A program made the translations under genes and the position numbers. The notes beneath the pieces are model-generated. The model was given only the letters and a program-made list of their open reading frames with translations. It searched no databases and was not told the origin of the DNA. Below are positions 7,797-15,708 of a stretch of DNA of 64,000 bases, piece after piece. The stretch lies in sequence record PV261924.1; one strand, written 5' to 3'. The stretch's first letter is position 1, and the number at the start of each line of letters is the position of its first letter.

Positions 7797-10333
7797 CAGC
7801 CAAAAAATAGTTCAAGGTTTACAGTCTTTTCAACATTCCATCCGATTGCATCAAGGATTGTCTTGAGGGGTTCAAGGAAAGCTTTGTTGAATTGTAGTTC
7901 GTAGTCGATGTATTTGTCAACACCGATCTCCCGTGGGAACTCCGAGATGAATGAGATCACATTCTCTCTAATCGGGTTCGCCTTCTTGAGATAGATGAAC
8001 TTGATCTTCTCACCGTTATTGATCTCAGAGTATTTGTTCTGAAGACCATACTCTTTAATGTAGTGATTATATAGAAGAGCACCACGTACATGAATGGGAG
8101 AACCCTTTGCATAGATCGTAGAGTGACTCTTATGTTTCTTCACGTCAGATACTGAACGGGGGAATGCAATATCTTCAGGAGGTAAGTTGTTGAACTTCTT
8201 TCTTGCATCATCGATAAACTTGATCACATCATCTTCCGTACCATTCATCATCAACTTCAGTGCATCCTTAATCATTGTTCGACAAGGAGCAGGAGTTGAT
8301 GACTTTACAGCCTCGATACCCATGATCTTGAGTTTAGGTTCTGAATAACGAACACCTTCACTATCCCAGACATTGAGAATGTATCTCTTCTTTGCTGTCC
8401 AGATTCCACGGTCTGCAATGTTCTCCCGTTTCATCTGCATCTTCTGAGAATATGCGTTCACATACGTCGCCAACTCTTGATACGATGACTCGATAAAAGG
8501 TTCCAGTTTCTCCTCACAGACCTTGTTAAGTAACGATACAACTGTTGCTTTTTCGCCAGATTTAGAACTAAGAAATTTAGAAACAACAGGTCCAAAATTA
8601 ATATAGATTGAGTCAGTGTCGGATGCAATGACATAATCCGTATCTGTAGTTTGTAACAGGTTATTTAGATACCCATTTACCTTATTCTCAATCCAACGAA
8701 TAGATGTTTGTCCTGAAAGCGTGATAGCTTCTGCATTCGCAAGTTTGAAGAAACGGAAGTATTGATTACCAATTGCACCATAGCAAGAGTTCAGTGCGAT
8801 CTTACGAGCCATCTGAAAGTTGTTGAACTTGGCAATATCTTTGATTGCCTGATCCTTCATCTTGGTCAACGTAGGGTCATCACGGTTCTTGAGTTGACTT
8901 TCAATATCAACCAACTTTTGTTTTGCAGCCAACATCTTTTTCTTAAAGATCTTACGTTCTGCATACATCTTCTCCATCAACTCGGGCATGAACCCTTTGA
9001 TGTCCTTACGGAACATTGCACCATTAGCACAGACCGCATAGTCCTTGTACATCTCGAAGGTGATCTCCTTGTTCAGGATCCGATCGATGGTTGCAGAGGG
9101 GTGTTTCTCATCCACCAGGGTCTCAGGAGAGATGTTGTACTGCATCATCAAGTGAGGGTACAGGGAGTTCAAGTCAAACGACACCACCCAGTCATAGACA
9201 CCAGGAACAGGTTGTTTCACGTAGGCACCCTCATACCTCTCAGACTTCTCCGAACGGTCACGGGGAGGAATCACAATGTTTCTCTTCTTGAGATAGTTGT
9301 AGATGATCGTATCCCACATACGAACCTGATACATCACATCGACAAAGTTCACCTTGGCATCATATGCCATGGTCAATGCCAACTCAATCAGTTTCATCTT
9401 GTCTTCCAAACGGTCAACAAGTTCCACGTCAATGATGTTGTAGTCTACAAACTTCTTCCAGTTACCATTGTAGAAATCTTTAAAGGTATCAAACTCAGAG
9501 TGGTCGAGCTTCTTCTGACCAAGTTCTACCTGGGCAATATAATCCAGTCGATAACTCTCTTGGTTTGTGTAAGTGAACTTCTTATACAGTTCCAGATAAT
9601 CAAGTGTGGTGACACCAGCAATGTCAAAAGTATTGAACTCACGACCCATGATCGTAATCTTTTCTTCACTGATGATACCCCAGGGAGAAAGAAGTTTCAT
9701 CTTCTTAGTTCCCATGATCCGATCAATACGACCACAGAGATACGGAATGTCATATAGACGACAGTTCCAACCAGTCACAACTTCAGGAGGATTTGTGTTC
9801 CAATGGAATAGGAATGAGTTAATCATATCAACTTCATTCTCATAGTGATAGTAAGTCACATTCTCCTGTGTAGGAGTATAAGGTTTCCTACCCCAAGTCC
9901 TAATTTTTTTAGTCGCATAGTCCTGGATGGAGATGGTCAACAACTCCTCAGAACAAGAATCGGGATCAGGGAATCCCTCCTCAGATTTAACCTCGATGTC
10001 GATCGTTACAAGATTGATCTTCTTAATATCAAACTTGATCTCATCTTCAGGATATTTGTCAGAGATATACTGGAATACATAACGGTCATTACCGTAGATC
10101 TTGAATCCATCTACATCTTCATATTTCTTGTAAAATTCTCTACAATCTCTTACAGTACCTGGTTTAATGGCTTCTACATTTTCACCCTCAAGAGTCTGAT
10201 ACTCAGTCTCTCGTTTTGATTTGACAAACAGAGTAGGAGAATACTCTTCTTTAAAAGTGACACTCTGTCCGTTTTCATATCCACGAACCAGGAAGTTGTT
10301 ACCAACGACCTGGACATTAGTATAAAATCGCAT
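7796..10333 (-). CDS. 43: Family B DNA polymerase gp43
   Basis: Exo DIEV, SFDLNSLYP, KIALNSCYG, ASDTDS, KKRY; uninterrupted. Confidence 0.97.
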   Translation of the reverse strand: MRFYTNVQVVGNNFLVRGYENGQSVTFKEEYSPTLFVKSKRETEYQTLEGENVEAIKPGTVRDCREFYKKYEDVDGFKIYGNDRYVFQYISDKYPEDEIKFDIKKINLVTIDIEVKSEEGFPDPDSCSEELLTISIQDYATKKIRTWGRKPYTPTQENVTYYHYENEVDMINSFLFHWNTNPPEVVTGWNCRLYDIPYLCGRIDRIMGTKKMKLLSPWGIISEEKITIMGREFNTFDIAGVTTLDYLELYKKFTYTNQESYRLDYIAQVELGQKKLDHSEFDTFKDFYNGNWKKFVDYNIIDVELVDRLEDKMKLIELALTMAYDAKVNFVDVMYQVRMWDTIIYNYLKKRNIVIPPRDRSEKSERYEGAYVKQPVPGVYDWVVSFDLNSLYPHLMMQYNISPETLVDEKHPSATIDRILNKEITFEMYKDYAVCANGAMFRKDIKGFMPELMEKMYAERKIFKKKMLAAKQKLVDIESQLKNRDDPTLTKMKDQAIKDIAKFNNFQMARKIALNSCYGAIGNQYFRFFKLANAEAITLSGQTSIRWIENKVNGYLNNLLQTTDTDYVIASDTDSIYINFGPVVSKFLSSKSGEKATVVSLLNKVCEEKLEPFIESSYQELATYVNAYSQKMQMKRENIADRGIWTAKKRYILNVWDSEGVRYSEPKLKIMGIEAVKSSTPAPCRTMIKDALKLMMNGTEDDVIKFIDDARKKFNNLPPEDIAFPRSVSDVKKHKSHSTIYAKGSPIHVRGALLYNHYIKEYGLQNKYSEINNGEKIKFIYLKKANPIRENVISFISEFPREIGVDKYIDYELQFNKAFLEPLKTILDAIGWNVEKTVNLELFFG

Positions 10334-10587
10334 TACTTAACCAGGTCTTCGTACTTCTCGATCAGTTTACTATTGGGCTCTACGATAGTCAAGATCTTAT
10401 CGGAATGGATCATGAACGTATTCTGTCTCGTAAGGTCAACCAACCATGGAGACAACGTACCATCTTCACTTAGTTCAAATGGTTCAATCAATTTACAATC
10501 AGGTTCTCCTAGATCAGTGGTTACCTCCTCAATCTGAGTCAGAATAACTTTGTCAGTTGTTAGAATCAGAATTTTTAGGTTGTTCAT
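10333..10587 (-). CDS. Small conserved protein, putative Sm-like fold
   Basis: ORF track; shares the P...PW...ILT...L..KY pattern with 10553, 13934 and 25883. Confidence 0.75.
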   Translation of the reverse strand: MNNLKILILTTDKVILTQIEEVTTDLGEPDCKLIEPFELSEDGTLSPWLVDLTRQNTFMIHSDKILTIVEPNSKLIEKYEDLVK

Positions 10588-10882
10588 ATTTCTCTACTCC
10601 GTCAGCATACATTTTAGAAAGTTGTTCAATGGGTTCGGTGATAGTCACAACCCAGTCAGATACCACAGGGATCATCTTTTCTTTACTCAGTGGCATCCAT
10701 GGAAGAAGTTGAATCTTTGAAGGAACCCTAGAAGATCCTTCAGTCTCTGTCAGATCACTTACAAGATTGACACGACATGGATATTTAAGGTAGTAACCAA
10801 CAACCTTCTCCTCAACAACCATCTCCTGAACGTCTGCGACTACATCCTCTCCAGACTTCAGAAGTAAAAGTTTTACACTCAT
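10553..10882 (-). CDS. Small conserved protein, putative Sm-like fold
   Basis: KLLLLKSGEDVVADV...PWMP...WVVT; directly downstream of a consensus sigma70 promoter. Confidence 0.8.
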   Translation of the reverse strand: MSVKLLLLKSGEDVVADVQEMVVEEKVVGYYLKYPCRVNLVSDLTETEGSSRVPSKIQLLPWMPLSKEKMIPVVSDWVVTITEPIEQLSKMYADGVEKYEQPKNSDSNN

Positions 10883-10906
10883 GTTTCTACAATTTTTCCT
10901 AGACTA

Positions 10907-10935
10907 ATTATACCAACAAAAAAGGGAGGTGTCAA
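10907..10935 (-). promoter_or_regulatory. Consensus sigma70 (early-type) promoter
   Basis: TTGACA (10935-10930), 17-nt spacer, TATAAT (10912-10907). Confidence 0.85.
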
Positions 10936-10959
10936 ACTGGATTGTGCCAGTTACCTCCC
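10918..10959 (-). terminator. Intrinsic terminator overlapping the promoter
   Basis: GGGAGGT-AACTGG...CCAGTT-TGAC-ACCTCCC followed by T6. Confidence 0.75.
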
Positions 10960-10991
10960 CGTCTGCGGCGACGATATTCAGTTTTATTTAT

Positions 10992-11066
10992 TCAGTTTTT
11001 GGGAGTGAGCGAAAATGCCCCACCCATAACTACTCCGAAGATTGCGATTGTTGCTAAGATTTCCAT
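10992..11066 (-). CDS. Small hydrophobic peptide, 24 aa
   Basis: Hand translation MEILATIAIFGVVMGGAFSLTPKN; single TM-like stretch. Confidence 0.55.
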   Translation of the reverse strand: MEILATIAIFGVVMGGAFSLTPKN

Positions 11067-11079
11067 AGGTCAGGATGTA

Positions 11080-11163
11080 TTATGGTAGTACAGGTGAGAG
11101 AACTGCCCAACTAAAAAGAGAAGATACAGTTCCTAACAAAAGAGTGGCGGTAGTGAAATTCAT
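11080..11163 (-). CDS. Small hydrophobic peptide, 27 aa
   Basis: Hand translation MNFTTATLLLGTVSSLFSWAVLSPVLP; strong GGAGG RBS upstream and TATAAT at 11191-11186. Confidence 0.6.
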   Translation of the reverse strand: MNFTTATLLLGTVSSLFSWAVLSPVLP

Positions 11164-11201
11164 AATCCGTCCTCCAAGTTACATAATTATATAGAAAAAA
11201 G

Positions 11202-11229
11202 TGTATCATAGTGATACAATTTTGTATCA
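11202..11229. promoter_or_regulatory. Triple TGTATCA/TGATACA palindromic operator-like site
   Basis: TGTATCA-TAG-TGATACA-ATTT-TGTATCA. Confidence 0.5.
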
Positions 11230-11262
11230 ACGACTACGTATTAATACTTATCCTGTTTTGAT

Positions 11263-11688
11263 TTAAAGATAATCTTTCCTTTGGTGGTGTTCTGGAACAA
11301 CCTTTGTGAGGGTTACTGTAAGAAGTCCGTCCTCAAATACGACGTTGGAGACTTCAGTGTCTTCAGCAAGGGTCCAGGATCGCTCAAAGTCTCTTCGAGC
11401 CAAGCCCTTGTGGATAAACGTCCGTTCCTCATCGGAAATTGTCTTTTCCCCCCTGACAAAAAGTTTTCCATACTCTGTGTAAGCATGAACTTCCTCCTTC
11501 TTGAATCCTGCTAATGCGATTTCCAGTTGAGTTTCAGTACTATTTACCTGGATGACATTATATGGAGGGTAATTGTTTACAGAAGTATTAAAAACTCTGT
11601 CGAAGTATTCATCCATTCCGATCGAATTCTTTGCAATCCGATCCATTAGCTGATCCAAATTGGCAGCATTATACTTTGCTAGTGTCAT
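11263..11688 (-). CDS. hsp20: Small heat-shock protein (Hsp20/IbpA family)
   Basis: NYPPYNV, LEIALAGF, HKGLARRDFERSWTL, FEDGLLTV. Confidence 0.95.
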   Translation of the reverse strand: MTLAKYNAANLDQLMDRIAKNSIGMDEYFDRVFNTSVNNYPPYNVIQVNSTETQLEIALAGFKKEEVHAYTEYGKLFVRGEKTISDEERTFIHKGLARRDFERSWTLAEDTEVSNVVFEDGLLTVTLTKVVPEHHQRKDYL

Positions 11689-11759
11689 GTGACTTCTCCT
11701 TTAAAAGCGAGTTTGTGTTGTGTGGTCCCCGAAGGCAACCGTTATTAAAGGATAATACA

Positions 11760-11796
11760 TAAACCTTTAATAAGACAAATCCTTATTAAAGGTTTA
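11760..11796. repeat. Perfect 15-bp inverted repeat in the hsp20 leader
   Basis: TAAACCTTTAATAAG-ACAAATC-CTTATTAAAGGTTTA. Confidence 0.85.
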
Positions 11797-11824
11797 GATA
11801 TCCACTACTATTTAACCACAAAAC

Positions 11825-11858
11825 AAAAAAGAGAGGAACGGTAATAACCGAACCTCTC
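11825..11858 (-). terminator. Intrinsic terminator
   Basis: GAGAGG-TT-CGGT-TATT-ACCG-TT-CCTCTC then T6. Confidence 0.75.
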
Positions 11859-11911
11859 TTTAGGGTGTTCCGACAATCGTAGAGTCTGCACGAAAGACTC
11901 AGAGATATTTA

Positions 11912-12997
11912 TCAACAATCCTCAACTTGAATCAGTCTATGAGCCTTGCGAAGAGTTTCGTGAGTCGTATTGTTCAACTGAGGAATCACACCCAGAAGCT
12001 TCCAAGGTCGTTTAGCAGGAGGTTCAATCTTAATGTTGATACCAGCAGCAGATGCAGTGCGATTCACAATCTCAAAACACTCTTTGTATCGCATCTCAAT
12101 AAATGACATGAAGTCTTGATATCTGCTTTTGATTCTAGAAGGAATCTTGTCCGTAGTGTACAATACGACAAAACAATCTTCGGGAACATCCTTTGAAATT
12201 TTCGTCCAAAGACGACCACGGTTTGTTTCACCAGAAGAATAGACATAGACTCTCTTGCCATTGACACACTTACCTTTAAAGTAAGCATCTTTAGGAAGGT
12301 CAGGACACTTCTTCAGATAGGTCAAAACATCATCACGACTAGGATTCCATACTGCACGTTGTCCCCCTTTAACAGCATCAAAGATATTATCTACAAGGTC
12401 AGAAACTTGATCTTGTTTGATGAAACGTAATGCTTCAAATTCCTTGAGGAGCAAATCCGATATTGCGGTCTTATCGTGCTCAATACCACCGTCAGTAACA
12501 GCAGCAACAGCAGCTTCAAACAAGTCACCTTCTTTAGTGGGACGACTGATGAGGTCATCATTGCCAATTAGGGCTTCAGAGAGGTTCTGAACATAAGCAA
12601 CTGATGGATCTGAATCAGGATAGGAAAAAACTGCGACTGGAATGAACGTACATCCTGCAAGTATTGCAGCACGGATGCGAGTACGTCCATCTATAGTATT
12701 GAAGGATGTATCAACAATAGGGGGAAAAGGATCGTAACTCCAACCCTTTATTTCATATGAATATGCAATATCCTTATCTACATTATCTCTATTACCATCC
12801 TTACGAATGGCCATGTTATTCAGTTCTTCACAAACGATATCACCACCAAACTTTTTTAGATCAAGAAAAGCAAACTGAATGAACTTCCCTCGTTTGGAGT
12901 GTCTCTGAATTTCTTCATCAGACCACCGACCTTCATACTTAGTCAGATCGATATCTTGTTTTTGGGGACCAAATCCTCCTCTGAAATTAATACTCAT
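11912..12997 (-). CDS. Hypothetical protein with a ParB/Srx-like N-terminal motif
   Basis: PPIVDTSFNTIDGRTRIRAA resembles the ParB/sulfiredoxin DGxxR motif. Start could be 13018 or 12997. Confidence 0.6.
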   Translation of the reverse strand: MSINFRGGFGPQKQDIDLTKYEGRWSDEEIQRHSKRGKFIQFAFLDLKKFGGDIVCEELNNMAIRKDGNRDNVDKDIAYSYEIKGWSYDPFPPIVDTSFNTIDGRTRIRAAILAGCTFIPVAVFSYPDSDPSVAYVQNLSEALIGNDDLISRPTKEGDLFEAAVAAVTDGGIEHDKTAISDLLLKEFEALRFIKQDQVSDLVDNIFDAVKGGQRAVWNPSRDDVLTYLKKCPDLPKDAYFKGKCVNGKRVYVYSSGETNRGRLWTKISKDVPEDCFVVLYTTDKIPSRIKSRYQDFMSFIEMRYKECFEIVNRTASAAGINIKIEPPAKRPWKLLGVIPQLNNTTHETLRKAHRLIQVEDC

Positions 12998-13070
12998 GTG
13001 TTTTTCTGCTGATAGCAATTTATAATGAATAATGAAGTCTTGTACGCTTTAAGCGAGTGACTTCTCCTAA

Positions 13071-13110
13071 ATTATAACACAAAAAAAGAACCCGTCAACT
13101 GACGGGTTCT
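13071..13110 (-). promoter_or_regulatory. regA terminator overlapping a sigma70-type promoter
   Basis: Hairpin AGAACCCGTC-AGTT-GACGGGTTCT with a T-run; TTGACG (13098-13093), 16 nt, TATAAT with an upstream TG (13076-13071). Confidence 0.7.
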
Positions 13111-13117
13111 AGAGGAG

Positions 13118-13555
13118 TCATGACTCTTCTTCGGTCTTTCCTCTCTTACCAATGTTGTATTTCTGTTCCAGAGTCCAGTCTTGTTTATCTTTGTAAGACA
13201 GAACTTTGATCTGATTCAATGGTGCGATATCAATAATTGAATCTTCATTGAGGATAGTAATGAGTCCCCAATCAGAAAGAAGCTTAGTAATACGATTCCT
13301 ACGCTGAACATCATTAATAGTAAGGTTAGCGTATTTCCCATCTAGGGCAAACAGTTCCTTAAAGTGAACAATGTAATACTTACCTTGCTTATGAAGGATA
13401 TGGCAAGACTGATACAGCTTCTTTTCTTTCCTAGAAGCAACACCAATACGAGTCAGAGTCTCTCTTACTTTGAGAAAGTCATCAGGTTCATTCAACCTGA
13501 TCTCAACCATTTTTTCTTGAGACCAAGTTACCTGAGGTTCAGCAGTTTGGGTCAT
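13118..13555 (-). CDS. regA: Translational repressor RegA
   Basis: DDFLKVRETLTRIGVAS...LYQSCHILHKQGKYYIVHFKELF. Confidence 0.95.
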   Translation of the reverse strand: MTQTAEPQVTWSQEKMVEIRLNEPDDFLKVRETLTRIGVASRKEKKLYQSCHILHKQGKYYIVHFKELFALDGKYANLTINDVQRRNRITKLLSDWGLITILNEDSIIDIAPLNQIKVLSYKDKQDWTLEQKYNIGKRGKTEEES

Positions 13556-13932
13556 TTCGTTCCACCAGTGTCAAGTCGTTGTTTGATAAATTCAATTTGT
13601 TCATTAGACAGAATTTTCAGTACTTGAGATGCTTTCTCATTATTATAACCATAATAACGTTTTACATACTCTAAATCTGATACCTTCTCTTTTCTAAGCC
13701 AAGGAGAGAATCTTTTCTTCTTTCTCAGAATATTTATATAAAAATTATATTGCATGTCCTTATCTAAGAAATGATACCTATTCATTTCGTTAGCAAATAA
13801 CACACAATCCAAGTGACCTGACAGACACTTATTAATAATAAAGGGAGGATATTCTCTTGCTAGAGTGGGGTCTTCATCGAGAATATTCTCCTTGTTAAAG
13901 TTGATTGAATTCAACCAATCTTTCAATTCCAT
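13552..13932 (-). CDS. 62: Clamp loader small subunit gp62
   Basis: YPPFIINKCLS...RKKKRFSPW...VKRYYGYN; position next to regA. Confidence 0.9.
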   Translation of the reverse strand: MELKDWLNSINFNKENILDEDPTLAREYPPFIINKCLSGHLDCVLFANEMNRYHFLDKDMQYNFYINILRKKKRFSPWLRKEKVSDLEYVKRYYGYNNEKASQVLKILSNEQIEFIKQRLDTGGTK

Positions 13933-13933
13933 A

Positions 13934-14221
13934 TCAAAGAATCAACTTCTTACTAGGGGTTTTCAATGGAGAGAACATCTCCTCATATTGTTCTACCAGT
14001 TCGTCATTAACGTTGGCAGTATAGACAATCCACTTCTTATTGATCTCCAGTTCCTTCTCTTCACGTTTTAGGAGAGGAGCATAAGGTGCAAAACCAAGAC
14101 GACCATCACCTTGATTAAATGCAACAATAGGATTCATGATAACAAGACTATCCTCTTTATTCTCAAGGACATCTGCAACCACATCCTCACCAGAGGACAT
14201 ACGAAATACTTTAACGTTCAT
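13934..14221 (-). CDS. Small conserved protein, putative Sm-like fold
   Basis: VKVFRMSSGEDVVADV; N-terminus nearly matches the 10553..10882 product. Confidence 0.8.
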   Translation of the reverse strand: MNVKVFRMSSGEDVVADVLENKEDSLVIMNPIVAFNQGDGRLGFAPYAPLLKREEKELEINKKWIVYTANVNDELVEQYEEMFSPLKTPSKKLIL

Positions 14222-14366
14222 TATAATTTTGTTGAATAAGAGTTTTTACTGTTTCTGACATCTCACGGTATCCAGATCCAACATAGATCTGACCAGCAAC
14301 AACTGCAACTGTCGCAATACCCCAAAACACATAATACCAATTAGATTTAACCTGTTTCACAACCAT
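14211..14366 (-). CDS. Small membrane protein, 51 aa
   Basis: Hand translation MVVKQVKSNWYYVFWGIATVAVVAGQIYVGSGYREMSETVKTLIQQNYNER; fills the gap. Confidence 0.7.
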   Translation of the reverse strand: MVVKQVKSNWYYVFWGIATVAVVAGQIYVGSGYREMSETVKTLIQQNYNER

Positions 14367-14372
14367 ATCAAT

Positions 14373-14762
14373 TTAACCCCCATCAACCTGACACCCAATA
14401 AGGGCACCACCAACTACACCAGTTGGGATTGACCAGATCCAATTTTTCTTCGTGGCTAGAGTTCCACCAGCGGCACCACCAAGAATACCACCAATGATAG
14501 AACCTTCGACACACGAATTGTCATCTACATCACTCTGAGGAGTGTAAGGTTGTGTTCGAGCTTGGTTCTCACAAGGAACCTCAACTCTCTCATTAAACTT
14601 TTTTACGTACCCAGGACTATTACGTGTACCTGGAACATACTCTTCACGGTAAACATTCTTATAACATTTGGTTTGTTGTGACCCACCTGGTTGATAATAG
14701 TTCTCAGCCAAGACTGGGATTGGAACAAACAATAAGGCCATTACTGCGAATACTTTGTTCAT
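14373..14762 (-). CDS. Signal-peptide protein with a C-terminal glycine zipper
   Basis: N-terminal hydrophobic leader; GSIIGGILGGAAGG...GVVGGALIG. Confidence 0.8.
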   Translation of the reverse strand: MNKVFAVMALLFVPIPVLAENYYQPGGSQQTKCYKNVYREEYVPGTRNSPGYVKKFNERVEVPCENQARTQPYTPQSDVDDNSCVEGSIIGGILGGAAGGTLATKKNWIWSIPTGVVGGALIGCQVDGG

Positions 14763-15706
14763 TTGAAGTTACACTCCACCATGATTTCAGTTAGACAAGC
14801 CAACATATTTATTTCTTGATCCGCGACGAAAGAACTTTGATACTGATACTTAGCAATAATGAGAACAGCAGCAGCGATCCCACTACCATCCAACTTTGAA
14901 TATATTGCGTCGTAAACACTACGAAGAAGAACGTGAGGGTCATTATCAAGATTATCCACGACCCACTTCCTGACCTTTGGAAAATCTTTGTCCTTAAGGC
15001 TTTTGAATAAATCATCGGTTTTTACGTTACTAAAGGCTGCAAGGATACCAGAGTCAATCTTACCACTGACAGAGTATCGCTGAAGTTCATTAAGAACTCG
15101 TCTCCAATCAGGGAAGTGTTTCTGGATTAATTCGACAAGAACTTTCGGATCATATTCCACACTCTCTGTCTCAAGAATAGTCCTGAGACGCTGGAAAAAC
15201 TTGGCTGCGAGTTCTTGTCGTTCTTTTCCTTTGATAGAGAAATCGACAACGGCGCACCTGGAGTGGAGCGGTTCAATAATTTTGTTCTTGTAGTTACAGG
15301 TGAAGATGAATCGGCAGTTACCAATAAACTCCTCAGTAAATGCCCGTAGGCAGAGTTGTACATCTGGGGTCGTGTTATCTGCCTCATCAATGATGATGAC
15401 TTTGTGTTTTGCAGTTGATGAAAGTGAGACGGTCGAAGCGAAATTCTTCGCATTGTTTCTGACCGTATCGAGAAAACGTCCCTCATCGGATCCGTTGATG
15501 ACATAATAATCTACTCCAAGTTCATGACAAAGTGCTTTGGCCACCGTGGTTTTACCACAACCAGGAGGACCAGATAGAAGAAGGTTTGGAACCTCACCTT
15601 TCTCTACAAATTTTTGAAATGTATTCTTAATCCCATCAGGAAGAATACAGTCCTCAATAGTCTGGGGTCGGTAAGATTCAACCCAGACAAATTCATTACG
15701 ACTCAT
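14759..15706 (-). CDS. 44: Clamp loader large subunit gp44 (RFC-like AAA+)
   Basis: WVESYRPQT, GPPGCGKTT, IIDEAD, SRC. Confidence 0.95.
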   Translation of the reverse strand: MSRNEFVWVESYRPQTIEDCILPDGIKNTFQKFVEKGEVPNLLLSGPPGCGKTTVAKALCHELGVDYYVINGSDEGRFLDTVRNNAKNFASTVSLSSTAKHKVIIIDEADNTTPDVQLCLRAFTEEFIGNCRFIFTCNYKNKIIEPLHSRCAVVDFSIKGKERQELAAKFFQRLRTILETESVEYDPKVLVELIQKHFPDWRRVLNELQRYSVSGKIDSGILAAFSNVKTDDLFKSLKDKDFPKVRKWVVDNLDNDPHVLLRSVYDAIYSKLDGSGIAAAVLIIAKYQYQSSFVADQEINMLACLTEIMVECNFK

Positions 15707-15708
15707 AA

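Noticed and set aside
8762-9757. 331-aa plus-strand ORF (and other long plus-strand ORFs such as 5231..5839 and 33067..33558)
   Set aside because: They lie antisense to conserved core genes, lack family motifs and RBS, and look like codon-bias shadows.
5429-10333. Inteins or introns in gp41, uvsX or gp43 (gp17, gp20 and gp23 also checked)
   Set aside because: Lengths are typical, motifs are contiguous, and no intein splice motifs or frame breaks were seen.
11760-11796. CIRCE heat-shock operator
   Set aside because: The sequence does not match TTAGCACTC-N9-GAGTGCTAA; kept only as an unexplained inverted repeat.
10915-11911. tRNA genes in the structured intergenic stretches
   Set aside because: No cloverleaf, T-loop GTTCRA or CCA end could be built.
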